From NCBI GenBank assembly GCA_002269645.1, contig NIVC01003085.1:1-64000 (forward strand): a stretch of 64,000 nucleotides of DNA. Reading direction: 5' to 3'. Within the stretch, counting starts at the first letter, position 1, and the number at the start of each line of letters is the position of its first letter. Below are positions 1 to 10,892 of this stretch, piece after piece. The translations under genes were made by a program, and so were the position numbers. The stretch comes from Macrostomum lignano (Eukaryota). The notes below the pieces were generated by a model. That model was not told the DNA's origin. It ran no database searches and saw nothing but the letters and a program-made list of their open reading frames with translations.

Positions 1-1141
1 TGTATTTATATGTTGATATATGAAGAGTGATTTTGGGCATTTGTTGTATATGTTTTGATATGACAACAAAGTTGAAAAAAATATATCTATAATCCTATGT
101 TATATGTATTAGTAAAAGTCATAATAGTTGGCCATATATCATAATTGTAAAATTTGATTAACTATTTAATATAAACTGAAGTTTTGTTTTTTTAAATGTA
201 ACCATTTAAAATTTTAACAAAAATCAATTTTGTTTTTTTCTCTTTATCTTTATTATTAGGCCCTACTGAAATGGCTATTACTAAAGTGGCTATTACTAAA
301 GAAGACTATTACCTTTAGTCTAGAGCTAGCAAAATATTTGTACTTACTGAATAGCAAAGTATGATTAAGTGGCACTAGTAACAATTAAAGCCTATACAGT
401 AATGAAGTTATATTAGCCTATTTAGATAAGGCCAAGGGTTTGGTTTAATTGAAAATAGGCCTAGGGATTATCTAATACTCATGTAAATAATATATATTCT
501 CTATAATTCAATATGTCTAACTTCCAAATTTAACTTGGCTAATATAACTTTGTTTTATCAAAAAGCAATTTATATTTTAGTGGTCATAGCAATAAATGAC
601 TTTTGGCAAAGGTCATAGCAATAGTTGCCCATTGCCCCTTTAGCTTTTTAAGGGTTATAATAAATTCTAATTACCATTGTTTTAGGTTGTTTAGGTAGAT
701 TGTTTTAGGCCACATATTTTTTGTTAGAATGGAAACCTGACTAGGACAAATTTATTGTCTTTGACTTGAATGTTTTTTATTGCTACAACTGGCTCTATGT
801 TTTTTATATTTCTCTTTCTTAGTCTTCAGTTTTCTTTATTTTTCTAACTTTCTAACTAATTGTTCTAACTAAAAAGATATAATTTTCTAAAGTCTATATC
901 TTTAGATTGGCATTTTCTGTCAATTATCTTGGTTAAGCCTCTTGCCTAACTCTAATTATTTTTTTCTATTTTCTTAATAAGCTATTTAGTTTAGAGTTAG
1001 CTTTTAATTTCGTCTTAAGACATCAAAGAGAAAATAAAAACTGATGATTAAATTTCAGTGAGTCCAAGTTCATCATTAATTCTTGACTAAATAAATTTTC
1101 AAGTAATTTGGCATTGTTTAATGAGCTTTTTTGCTGGCCAG

Positions 1142-3689
1142 CAAAGAATGACATCAATACACAGAGCCAGGGATCCTCCTGTGACAGCTGAGAGACGTGG
1201 CTCTGCTAGCTACATACCTCCACCCCCAAGCAAGAAAGATGTATTGCAGCAAAAGGTAGGTTTGCATAGGTGTGATAAAATACTTGTTTTCAGGTTTTGT
1301 GTCTACTGGGAATTGAAGATATTATCTAATGAAGAATTGGGATATTATCTACTGAGGAATTGGGATATTATCTACTGAGGAATTGGGATATTATCTACTG
1401 GGGAATTGAAGATATTATCTAATGAAGAATTGGGATATTATCTACTGAGGAATTGGGGATATTATCTACTGAGGAATTGGGATATTATCTACTGAGGAAT
1501 TGGGGATATTATCTACTGAGGAATTGGGGATATTATCTACTGAGGAATTGGGATATTATCTACTGAGGAATTGGGATATTATCTACTGAGGAATTGGGAT
1601 ATTATCTACTGAGGAATTGGGATATTATCTAATGAAGAATTGGGATATTATCTACTGAGGAATTGGGATATTATCTACTGAGGAATTGGGGTATTATCTA
1701 CTGAGGAATTGGGGATATTATCTACTGAGGAATTGGGGATATTATCTACTGAGGAATTGGGATATTATCTACTGAGGAATTGGGATATTATCTACTGAGG
1801 AATTGGGGTATTATCTACTGAGGAATTGGGGATATTATCTACTGAGGAATTGGGGATATTATCTACTGAGGAATTGGGATATTATCTACTGAGGAATTGG
1901 GATATTATCTACTGAGGAATTGGGGATATTATCTACTGAGGAATTGGGGGTATTATCTACTGAGGAATTGGGGATATTATCTACTGAGGAATTGGGGGTA
2001 TTATCTACTGATGAATTGGGATATTATCTACTGAGGAATTGGGATATTATCTACTGAGGAATTGGGGGTATTATCTACTGATGAATTGGGATATTATCTA
2101 CTGAGGAATTGGGATATTATCTACTGAGGAATTGGGATATTATCTACTGAGGAATTGGGATATTATCTACTGAGGAATTGGGGGTATTATCTACTGGGGA
2201 AATCAGATATTGCTTGAGAAGAAACTGTCATTCTGACTCATTTAGACTACAGATACATTAAATTTTTTTATCCTCTACTGCCTTCGTCCCGCTCAGTAGA
2301 AAAGCGCGCAAATTGTAACTATTATTTAACTCACATTTAAAAACGCCCCTCCCCTAAGGTCGCCGGCGCCGCCACGCCTGGAGACGCCAGGGCGGCCAGT
2401 CTGGACCGCTCGGCGCTACCGCCGCCGCAGCCGAAGCCAAAACCGAAGCCCAAACTGAAGCCGGGCTCCTCTAGCGCCGACGCCGACGAAGCACCTAGAG
2501 TTGTCGACGCTGCCGAGGCCGGCGGCGGAGTCCGGCGCCACTCGGACGAAGACGCCGATCCGGGGCCGGCGGCGGCGGCACTGACCAGTCTGGGCGCGGC
2601 AGCGGCGGCGGCTGGGCCCACTTCTCGGACGTCGACTCGGACACTGGCCTCATCAGCGGCTCGGCCGCTGGCCGCGAGCCTTTGGCCGGCTCGACCGCTG
2701 CCGCAGCATCCACTGGCGGCCGCGGCGCCTCTCGCCGACGTCATCGTCGGGCCGCCTCGTCGTCCTCGGCAGAAGGCGGCGTCGGGGGATCCAAAAACGA
2801 CGACGGCGACGATGTCGATGATGACGATTCGACGTCGGATTCGGACGACTCCGACAGCCAGGCTGGCGACGCGCCCGACGACCGGCACAAGTACGTTGAG
2901 GGCAACGGCGGCGGCGCTGGCGGCTTCGAGGATGAAGAGGACAGCTCGGATCCGCTGGCCATGACCCGCGAGCAGCGCGAGTACTACGCCAACCAATTCC
3001 TCACCCTGTGCCCCAGCCTCACCGGCCGCATCACCGGCCCAGTGGCCAAGCAGTTCTTTGAGAAGTCCCGCCTGCCCCCGCCCGAGCTGTCCCGCATCTG
3101 GGCCCTGTCCGATCGCGACATGGACGGCCAGCTCAACCTGGCCGAGTTCTCCACCGCGATGCACCTGGTCGTGCTGAGGCGCAACAATGTGCCGATACCC
3201 GACAGGCTGCCCCCTGTTGCTGCCGGCTACGAGCCGCTGTCCGACCAGGACGAGGCTTCGCCGCCTCCGACGATGCCGCCGCCACCGCCAATTCACCAGC
3301 AGCAGCCGCCGCCGGAGCCGTCAGTCTTTGGCGGAATTCCTCCAACCGGTGTTGGCGTGCTTCATCCGACCCCTAGGAAACCGACAGCGCATCAGCAGCA
3401 GCATCTCCTGCAACAGCACGCCGACCCGTCCGCTCCGACTGTGCCGCCACGAGCTGCCAGCTATCAGCTGGCGTCCTCCGCTGCTGCCGCCGCCGCTGCT
3501 GCCGACGCCGCCGCTGTTGCCTCCGGCCAGCCGCCCAATCGGGAACGCCTGCTAGCGGCGGTGAAGGCTCAGAAAGAGAAGAATCACACCCTGGTTAGGC
3601 TCAACAATGAACTGGCTGTCGAGCTCAAGGAGGTCACCGAGCAAAGGATTGCCTTGGAATTGGAGTTGGAACGGCTGAAACCGCTTTAA
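1142..3689 (+). CDS. REPS: REPS1/REPS2-like (RalBP1-associated EH-domain protein), 3' part. Exons 1142-1255 and 2359-3689, with an apparent 1-nt frameshift near 2562-2565
   Basis: EH domain (MTREQREYYANQF...AKQFFEKSRLPPPELSRIWALSDRDMDGQLNLAEFSTAMHLVV) and C-terminal coiled coil (KNHTLVRLNNELAVELKEVTEQRIALELELERLKPL*) match my recollection of REPS1/2. Phase-0 sites: ccag|CAA at 1142, AAG|gtagg at 1255, cctaag|GTC at 2359. N-terminal exons would lie outside the window. Confidence 0.85.
1307..2200. repeat. Intronic minisatellite, 23-25 bp unit GAGGAATTGGG(G)ATATTATCTACT
   Basis: Tandem copies read directly. Confidence 0.97.
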
Positions 3690-3865
3690 CAGTCCCCAGT
3701 CCTTAGTCTCCCGTCACTACTCACTGCCTCTGTTATTTTTTGCCTGACAACCAGAATATTAGTGCGGCATAACCTAGATCCTAGATCAATTGATTCTTAT
3801 TGTACAGTTTGTAGCTGCTCTCTGAAAATTATATTTTCTTTCTGGAATTCCTCCTAGTGTGATGG

Positions 3866-4600
3866 ACAAACTACGGTTGGAATTCTGCTCGATTTCTGCT
3901 TTGAATTCTGCTTGATTTCCGGTTGGAATTCTGCTTGATTTCCGGTTGGAATTCTGCTTGGGTTTCCGGTTGGAATTCTACTTGATTTTCGGTTGGAATT
4001 CAACTTGATTTCGGTTGGAAGTCTGCTTGGGTTTCCGGTTGGAATTCTACTTGATTTCCGGTTGAAATTATGCTTTGATTTCCGGTTGGAATTCAACTTG
4101 ATTTCCGGTTGAAATTATGCTTTGATTTCCGGTTGGAATTCAACTTGATTTCCGGTTGGAATTCAACTTGATTTCCGGTTGGAATTCAACTTGATTTCCG
4201 GTTGGAATTCAACTTGATTTCCGGTTGGAATTCAACTTACTTGATTTCCGGTTGGAAGTCTGCTTGATTTCCGGTTGGAAGTCTGCTTGATTTCCGGTTG
4301 GAATTCTGCTTTAATTTCCGGTTGGAAGTCTGCTTTGATTTCCGGTTGGAAGTCTGCTTGATTTCCGGTTGGAAGTCTGCTTTGATTTCCGGTTGGAATT
4401 CTGCTTTGATTTCCGGTTGGAATTCTGCTTTAATTTCCGGTTGGAATTCTGCTTTGATTTCCGGTTGGAATTCTGCTTTGATTTCCGGTTGGAATTCTGC
4501 TTGATTTCCGGTTGGAATTCTGCTTTGATTTCCGGTTGGAATTCTGCTTTGATTTCCGGTTGGAATTCTGCTTTGATTTCCGGTTGGAATTCTGCTTTAT
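3866..4600. repeat. Minisatellite, 22-23 bp unit TTGATTTCCGGTTGGAATTCTGC(T)
   Basis: Tandem copies read directly; explains ORFs 3854-4635. Confidence 0.97.
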
Positions 4601-5249
4601 TGATTCATTGTCTTGCTGCTAATAATAGATTTTGAAAAATATTTGCATCTGTAGCGGTAAACTCTGACTGTATCTGTCTGATTTATCTGGTCTAGTTAAT
4701 CATAAAAGTACAAGCTGTCTTTTTAGATCCGAATGAAAATCGTGCTCTTGGTATTCACCGTGTGCACGTGGCCATATGGCCATGCTTTAGTCAGATTTTA
4801 ATCCATCCCTTGTCTTCAAACTTGCAATGCCAGTCTGTAAATTATTATTTATATTATCTTGTTGAATAAATGCGTTCACCTAATCAGCTAATTAATCTCA
4901 CTTGAGTTGTTTTATTTATTGAGTTTTTTGAACTGATAAATATTTTGTCATCAATTGTACTGACTGTACCTCACACCTGATCTCACGTTGTTAATTTGAA
5001 GGCCTATTTTATTTTGATATCCGTTGATTGTTGCATTAATTACCCTGTCATCAAGTTATAAGTGTTATTGCTGCAACCAGCCACCTGTAGCTGTCTTGCA
5101 AACAATTCAGCGCATTGCCTTCAATATATAATTTGTCTTTTGTCTGCTTTTGCACCCCAGTGCGCAGTTCTCCATGACTAATTGTGGGCAGTGCGCTGGC
5201 ACGTTAATTTGTAGAATCAATTTGGGGTCTCGTGAGTTTTATGCCATTC

Positions 5250-5392
5250 TAATAGTACTGTATAGGGAATTATTAATAGTACTGTATAGGGAATTATTAA
5301 TAGTACTGTATAGGGAATTATTAATAGTACTGTATAGGGAATTATTAATAGTACTGTATAGGAATTATTAATAGTACTGTATAGGGAATTAT
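5250..5392. repeat. Short tandem array, 24 bp unit TAATAGTACTGTATAGGGAATTAT (~6 copies)
   Basis: Read directly. Confidence 0.95.
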
Positions 5393-6449
5393 TATGCCAT
5401 TCTACTCGTAATAGTACTAAAAGTACTTTAGTATGGACAATTCCCGTTCCATACTCCAGTCCAAATTTTAGATTGTTAACTGATTTCTGACGGGCGGGCT
5501 AACAAACTAACCATTGATTTTTTGTGCAGTTGAAATTTATTTTGTTTTGCAATCTACTGAATCACACGTTCTCAGTAGTCACTATTGCACTCGATTCAAC
5601 TAATAATCAAATGCCCGACACTCAAATCTCCCAGCTACAGTCACCGTACTCTCTTCCTTCTCTGTGTGTTTCATAATAATATTTCCAAGTGTAAGATTTT
5701 GGACCAGGATAAATTCAGATTCTCGATTGTACGCGGCGGTAGCGGCTTTCGCACCTTATTTATTATCCTCATCAATGCAAGCACTCTCTCGTTAAGATTT
5801 AATTGAACTTATTACATGCTTATTATATTACAGTACTATAGTACAAATATATACATATAGAGCTCAGATAGAGACTATAATTATAACCCTTGGAATGTTG
5901 CGCAGACCTGCGCGAAGTCTGTGCAAAGCTTACTTTAGGCGTTCACAAATAGCGTAACTGTTATTACTTTGACAAACTTTTATTTATTTTGATTCTTCGT
6001 AATAAGAAACACTATCTGCTCTACTTATGAGTAGCACCCATTGTATGGGATGCTTGACCTTCAAGGCTTTCTGTATCAGCGTGTTGTCGCCAATGCTGCT
6101 TCTTAGTGAGTTACAATTTAACGCAAGTGGAACTCTACATCTAGCAGAAATTGTAAAATTTCTAGCTCTTTGCAAGGATATCTTCAACTTTAAAAGATTG
6201 ACTAGCAATCTAGTGCCCCCTTCGTGGCGCGCAATATGCAAGGAGCAAAAATCATTCATGGAAAACAGTTAAAAAAGCACATTTTCTTAAGAATTCTTCA
6301 GTTTTAAAATCACCTTATTCGAGTAAAATTGTCACGGTCAAAGTCAAAGATGTTTGTTGGCTATGAAGTTTTTTTTTAAAAATTAACAAAGACGACAAAA
6401 TGAAGCTTTCACAATGATAACAGACATTCCCCTAAACAGAAAACATCCC

Positions 6450-7232
6450 AAGACAGCAAGCATCCCCCAGCTGATAGCAAGCATGCCGCAGATAACAAGT
6501 ATCTCCCAGATAGCAAGCACCGCCCTCCAAGAGTAAGCAACCGCATATCATCCCCTGATAACAAGCACCCCCCCAGATAGCAAGCATCCCCTGATAGCAA
6601 GCATTCCCAAGATAGCAAGCATTCCCAGATAGCAAGCATCCCTGATAACAAGCACCCCCCCCCCCAGATAGCAAGCATTCCCCAGATAGCAAGCATCCCC
6701 CAGATAGCAAGCATCCCCTGATAGCAAGCATCCCCTGATAGCAAGCATTCCCAAGATAGCAAGCATTCCCCAGATAGCAAGCATCCCTGATAACAAGCAC
6801 CCCCCCCCCAGATAGCAAGCATTCCCCAGATAGCAAGCATCCCGCAGATAACAAGTATCTCCCAGATAGCAAGCACCGCCCTCCAAGAGTAAGCAACCGC
6901 ATATCATCCCCTGATAACAAGCATCCCCCAGATAGCAAGCATCCCCCCAGATAGCATCCCCCAGATAGCAAGCATCCCCTGATAACAAGCATCCCCCAGA
7001 TAGCAAGCATCCCCCAGATAGCATCCCCCAGATAGCAAGCATCCCCTGATAACAAGCATCCCCAGACAGCAAGCATCCCCCAGACAGCAAGCATCCCCCG
7101 ATAGCAAGCATCCCCTGATAGCAAGCATCCCCCTGATAGCAAGCATCCCCCAGATAGCTAGCATCCCCCAGATAGCATCCCCAGATAGCAAGCATCCCCC
7201 AGATAGCAAGCATCCCCCAGATAGCAAGCATC
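6450..7232. repeat. GATAGCAAGCATCCCCCA (17-19 bp) satellite, left part
   Basis: Read directly; resumes at 13193. Confidence 0.97.
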
Positions 7233-7965
7233 ACTACGTAATGCGCAGATAGAGCAGGGTTTTCAGGCAGATTTGACGCAAAAAACGCAAATTATACTAC
7301 TATCTGAAAATGAAGTAAGTAGTATACAAAAACGCTATCCTAAGCGTGATGTGGCAATATGTAGTTGTAATAATCCATGTGCTCATATTAATACCATGTA
7401 CATTAATCCCTATCTATCTCAAATTGTACATTAATTCCATGTACATTAATCCCTATCCCAAATTGTCTATCCCCAATTCTATATGTACATGTGCATTAAT
7501 CTACAGTGTCATCCCCAGCGCGCGCGCACCAACATTACATGTACAATGCTACATGTACACAGAGGCGAGAATTACTAATCTCATCTACTACCAAATGAGT
7601 CAACTAACCGTGTAGCGTACATCATGTATAAGTATTTACAATGAAGATATATTTACATTTAATCAGTAGCATATTACAGGAAATAATTTATGTACAGCAT
7701 TACCAGCAAATAGAATATACAGAAAATTTTACATTGTTTTTCATTAATTTTCTTTTCATAAATAATTTTAAACAAGTTTGACACGCAAAATATGTACAAT
7801 AGATTTTTACATTGGCAATTTCGCTGCATACAATACAAAAATGCTTTATGTACATTTGTATAGTAGTATGTAACTCTTCATTAATTTAACATGCAAAATA
7901 TGTACAACAATAAATAGATTTTACTCAGTCAAATTTAACAAGATATTTATTAAGCAAGGGCCACA

Positions 7966-10854
7966 TTATTTATAACCATAAGGCCTGCTGCAGGCCCCGT
8001 ACACGCGCTTCGTCAGGACGCGCTGAAACGTCTTGTCCATATTGATTGTGTGTATGGTACAAGACGCCTTGTCGCGCCTAAACTGAAGCTGCGGCAGCTG
8101 CAGGGAGCCGCCGTGTAGTAGGGCACTGCGCAATTCATCGCTGCGCTCCCGAATCTCCGGAGTCAGGCGGATGCCCTTGCACTTCAGGACCTGACTCCGG
8201 GCACCGGCCGCATCCTCGACAATGTAAGTGTAGAGTTTGGGCCCCCCACTTACAAAGTCGGTCATCCGGCTGCCTGCGGGCACCTCATCGGTCCACATTC
8301 CGAGGCTCGTGCCATGGGGCGGCTCCCATTGGCCCTCGGAATGCCGGTAAACGACCCTGTGTGGGAGAGAAAACGAGATAATTGCTAACTATTTACATGT
8401 AATCAATTCTAAAATAATTTTCCCAATGCAATACTTACGAGTCAGTGTCGCAGTAAATGGCCCGTTCGCCGAGCCCCTCCAATGCCTCATACAGGCGCAG
8501 CCGGGCCTGAGTGGTCGTAAAGACCCCGATTGGCACATTGGAGTACCGGAACGGCCGCTGATTAAAATAGCGGTGCCGGTACTCTAGCAGCATAAACTCG
8601 CTGCCAATCGGTTCGCAGGCCTTGACTTTGAGGTTGGGGTCGGTCAGCCGGGCGAGCCAGTCCTCGTAGCTGGATACAATTTCTGTCGATGTCAGGTCAT
8701 CACGCTGACAAAATTTGCCCCAGAGCCTGTGTGTTGTGAAAAGAAGTGCTACTGTTAGTAGAAGAAGAAAATCATTTAAAATACAAAAATTTATGAATAC
8801 TTACGAATTCAAAAAGATTTTCGCTACAAAGCGAAGTCCTGGGTTGGGCTCGACCTTGTCCAGCGTGACGCCCTCCTTGGCGTAAAAATCGGCAATGTAG
8901 GCGGCCTTGTCTTCATCCGACATGCCGGGGGAACCGCTCGACTCAGCCTTCAGCTTGAGAAAGGTGCTGACATAGTCACTGAACAGACCGGTCCGCTTCT
9001 CTGTCCAGTAGGCCAGCGCGTGCACCGCCTGCAGCCGGTAGCCCAACTGGAAGGCCTTCCGCAGCTCCGGCGTTGCCCAGGTACCAGTCAGTGCCCGCTG
9101 CTGGTCAGAGTGGTCGCAGCACTCGCCGCACTGCTGCTCCATACAGGTGCGGCAAAGCCCAAAAAAGAGCTTCTTTTGCACCCTGTAGGGCAGCAGCGGA
9201 ATGTGCAAATCTGACGGCGGCAGCACTGTCACCTTGGCAATGCCAAAGTAGCTAGCCAGCGCGTCAGAATCGAGCACTTGCGGCGTCGGATGTTGCACCG
9301 GGTGGCCAATCGGGTATGGGTCTTTCGACTGCACCGTCGGGTACAGAGAGACCTGCCAGTTGAAATAAAGCATTATTTTTTTTCATAAACTGTATTTTTT
9401 GCAAAATATTCTACTATATTAGTAGTATCGCTACTCACCACATCCCGATATTTGAGAGTCTCAGTCTCGCTGGCCACAGCATGCGGGATAAAGCACTCTA
9501 CGCGGCCACCGTAGAGCGCATCCTCCATCTTGAGCGGAGCGCGCAGATGTGCAGTTGCGGCGATAAAGTCGGCCTGCGACGCCAATACAGTGTCGTACTC
9601 ATGCTCCCAAATGACTCGAACACTGTAATTGTGCCGCTCCAACTCGCGAGTGAACCACTCAGTCTCGTGGCGAATATGGCTCAGAGGCTGCCGTTTGAGC
9701 GGGTGGACGACATCCTGATCGGGCATACACTGCTCGCAGCCATGGTAGAAACAGCCATGAAACTGCAAAACAGTGTTGCTCGCCTCATCGAAGCCGTCCA
9801 CCTTGCGGCCGAGAATGACAGCCTCGCCGCCAGTCGAGTCGCAGGTTCGCAGCCGCCCGCCAAATTCGGTGGCATTCAAATAGGCCAGCCACTTGCGCGC
9901 CTTGAACGACTGCTGGTCGGCCTGCCGGGCAATCACGCCGACCGAGTTGGGCTCCATAAACCGGGTGGTGAAAACGGCCATTGCCAAACTGGCAATCGTA
10001 TTGGCCTGAACAAATGGTTCCAGGCCGTCGCAAATTTCACCAATTATTGCCCTGTACTTGATGCAGCCCTCGCGAAGCAGGACTGTGTCGCTCAAACAAT
10101 AATCGAGATATTCCCGATTAAAGTTGAACAACTCGCCCTGTCGCGAGGCTAGCCAAGCACAGATTGAGTCATAGTCCTTGTTCGCTTTGCCGCCATAATA
10201 TTCAATAGCCGGGTAGGGGCCAACGTAGTTCCAATTAGCCGGCTTGTTAAACTCGTGGGGAAAGGTCCCCTTGGCCAGCTTTGTGTTAGCGAGCCCCAGA
10301 GCTTTGGGGAATTGCGCAAGCGGGATTGGTATAAAATTTAATGAATCTTTAAATACCAATTTATCCACCGTCATGCTCATTAGCCGGCTGCCCTGGAACA
10401 GTACTTGTGGCCGCTTCTTGGCCAGGCCGTTGAGTAGAGCGCCAAGCAGTAGGAACGAATCGTAGCCTGATGCATTGTGCGCTACAACAATGGCGCCGCC
10501 TCGGAAAGCTGTGCTCAGCCAGGTGAAAAACGCATTCAGCGAGGCCGGGCCCACAGCCACAAAATCGGCCATTTGGCAGGCGCAGTCTGAGTGGCTGACG
10601 CAATTGGAGAATTCCTCCCCCAGATCGCGGCCAGTCAGACAATTGGCGGCGCTATGCAGGCCATTGCAGAGGCGGCAAGTCTCGCGCGGAAACGCCCGGC
10701 CGGAGCAGGTCTCGCAGCACGTGACGGCAGTCACCAGGTGCACGTGATGCTGCTTCTCCTCGTCCGTGTATGTTTCCGTATCGTAGAACACGTACGGCAT
10801 AGTCGAAGCTTTCACTTTGGGAGCCTTGACGGAGCACAAATGCGGGCATGTCAA
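7966..10854 (-). CDS. polB: Protein-primed family B DNA polymerase (5'-truncated). Exons 10854-9439, 9352-8805, 8726-8439, 8356-7966
   Basis: Exo I (FYDTET), Exo II (AHNASGYD), Exo III (YCLSDTVLL), Vsr-like insert (VDGFD...FHGCFYHGC...IWEHE), YGGRVE, motif A (YRDV|VSLYP), motif B (KIFLNS|LWGKF), motif C (YCDTDS|VVY) and GPKLY. Exon lengths 1416+548+288+391=2643 nt, in frame. Confidence 0.93.
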
Positions 10855-10892
10855 GTGCCCACTGTGTAAACAGTACGACGAGGCCGGCTCGC

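Noticed and set aside
2337-3296. 319-aa minus-strand ORF and other antisense ORFs over GC-rich exons (15221-15670, 9481-10152, 23387-23950, 56916-57257)
   Set aside because: They are shadow ORFs opposite genuine coding sequence.
5984-6259. Possible GIY-YIG/Penelope endonuclease fragment
   Set aside because: Resemblance is only vague, and the first third of the ORF lies inside the Helitron 3' end.
6409-7234. Cys/Gly-rich ORFs (also 12991-13550, 20545-21435, 41980-44476, 31961-32636, 60243-60631)
   Set aside because: These are translations of minisatellites in several frames at once.
7346-7615. 89-aa ORF in the element's terminal region (mirror at 12810-13079)
   Set aside because: It starts at a non-ATG codon, overlaps short ATGTACATTAAT repeats and shows no recognisable domain.
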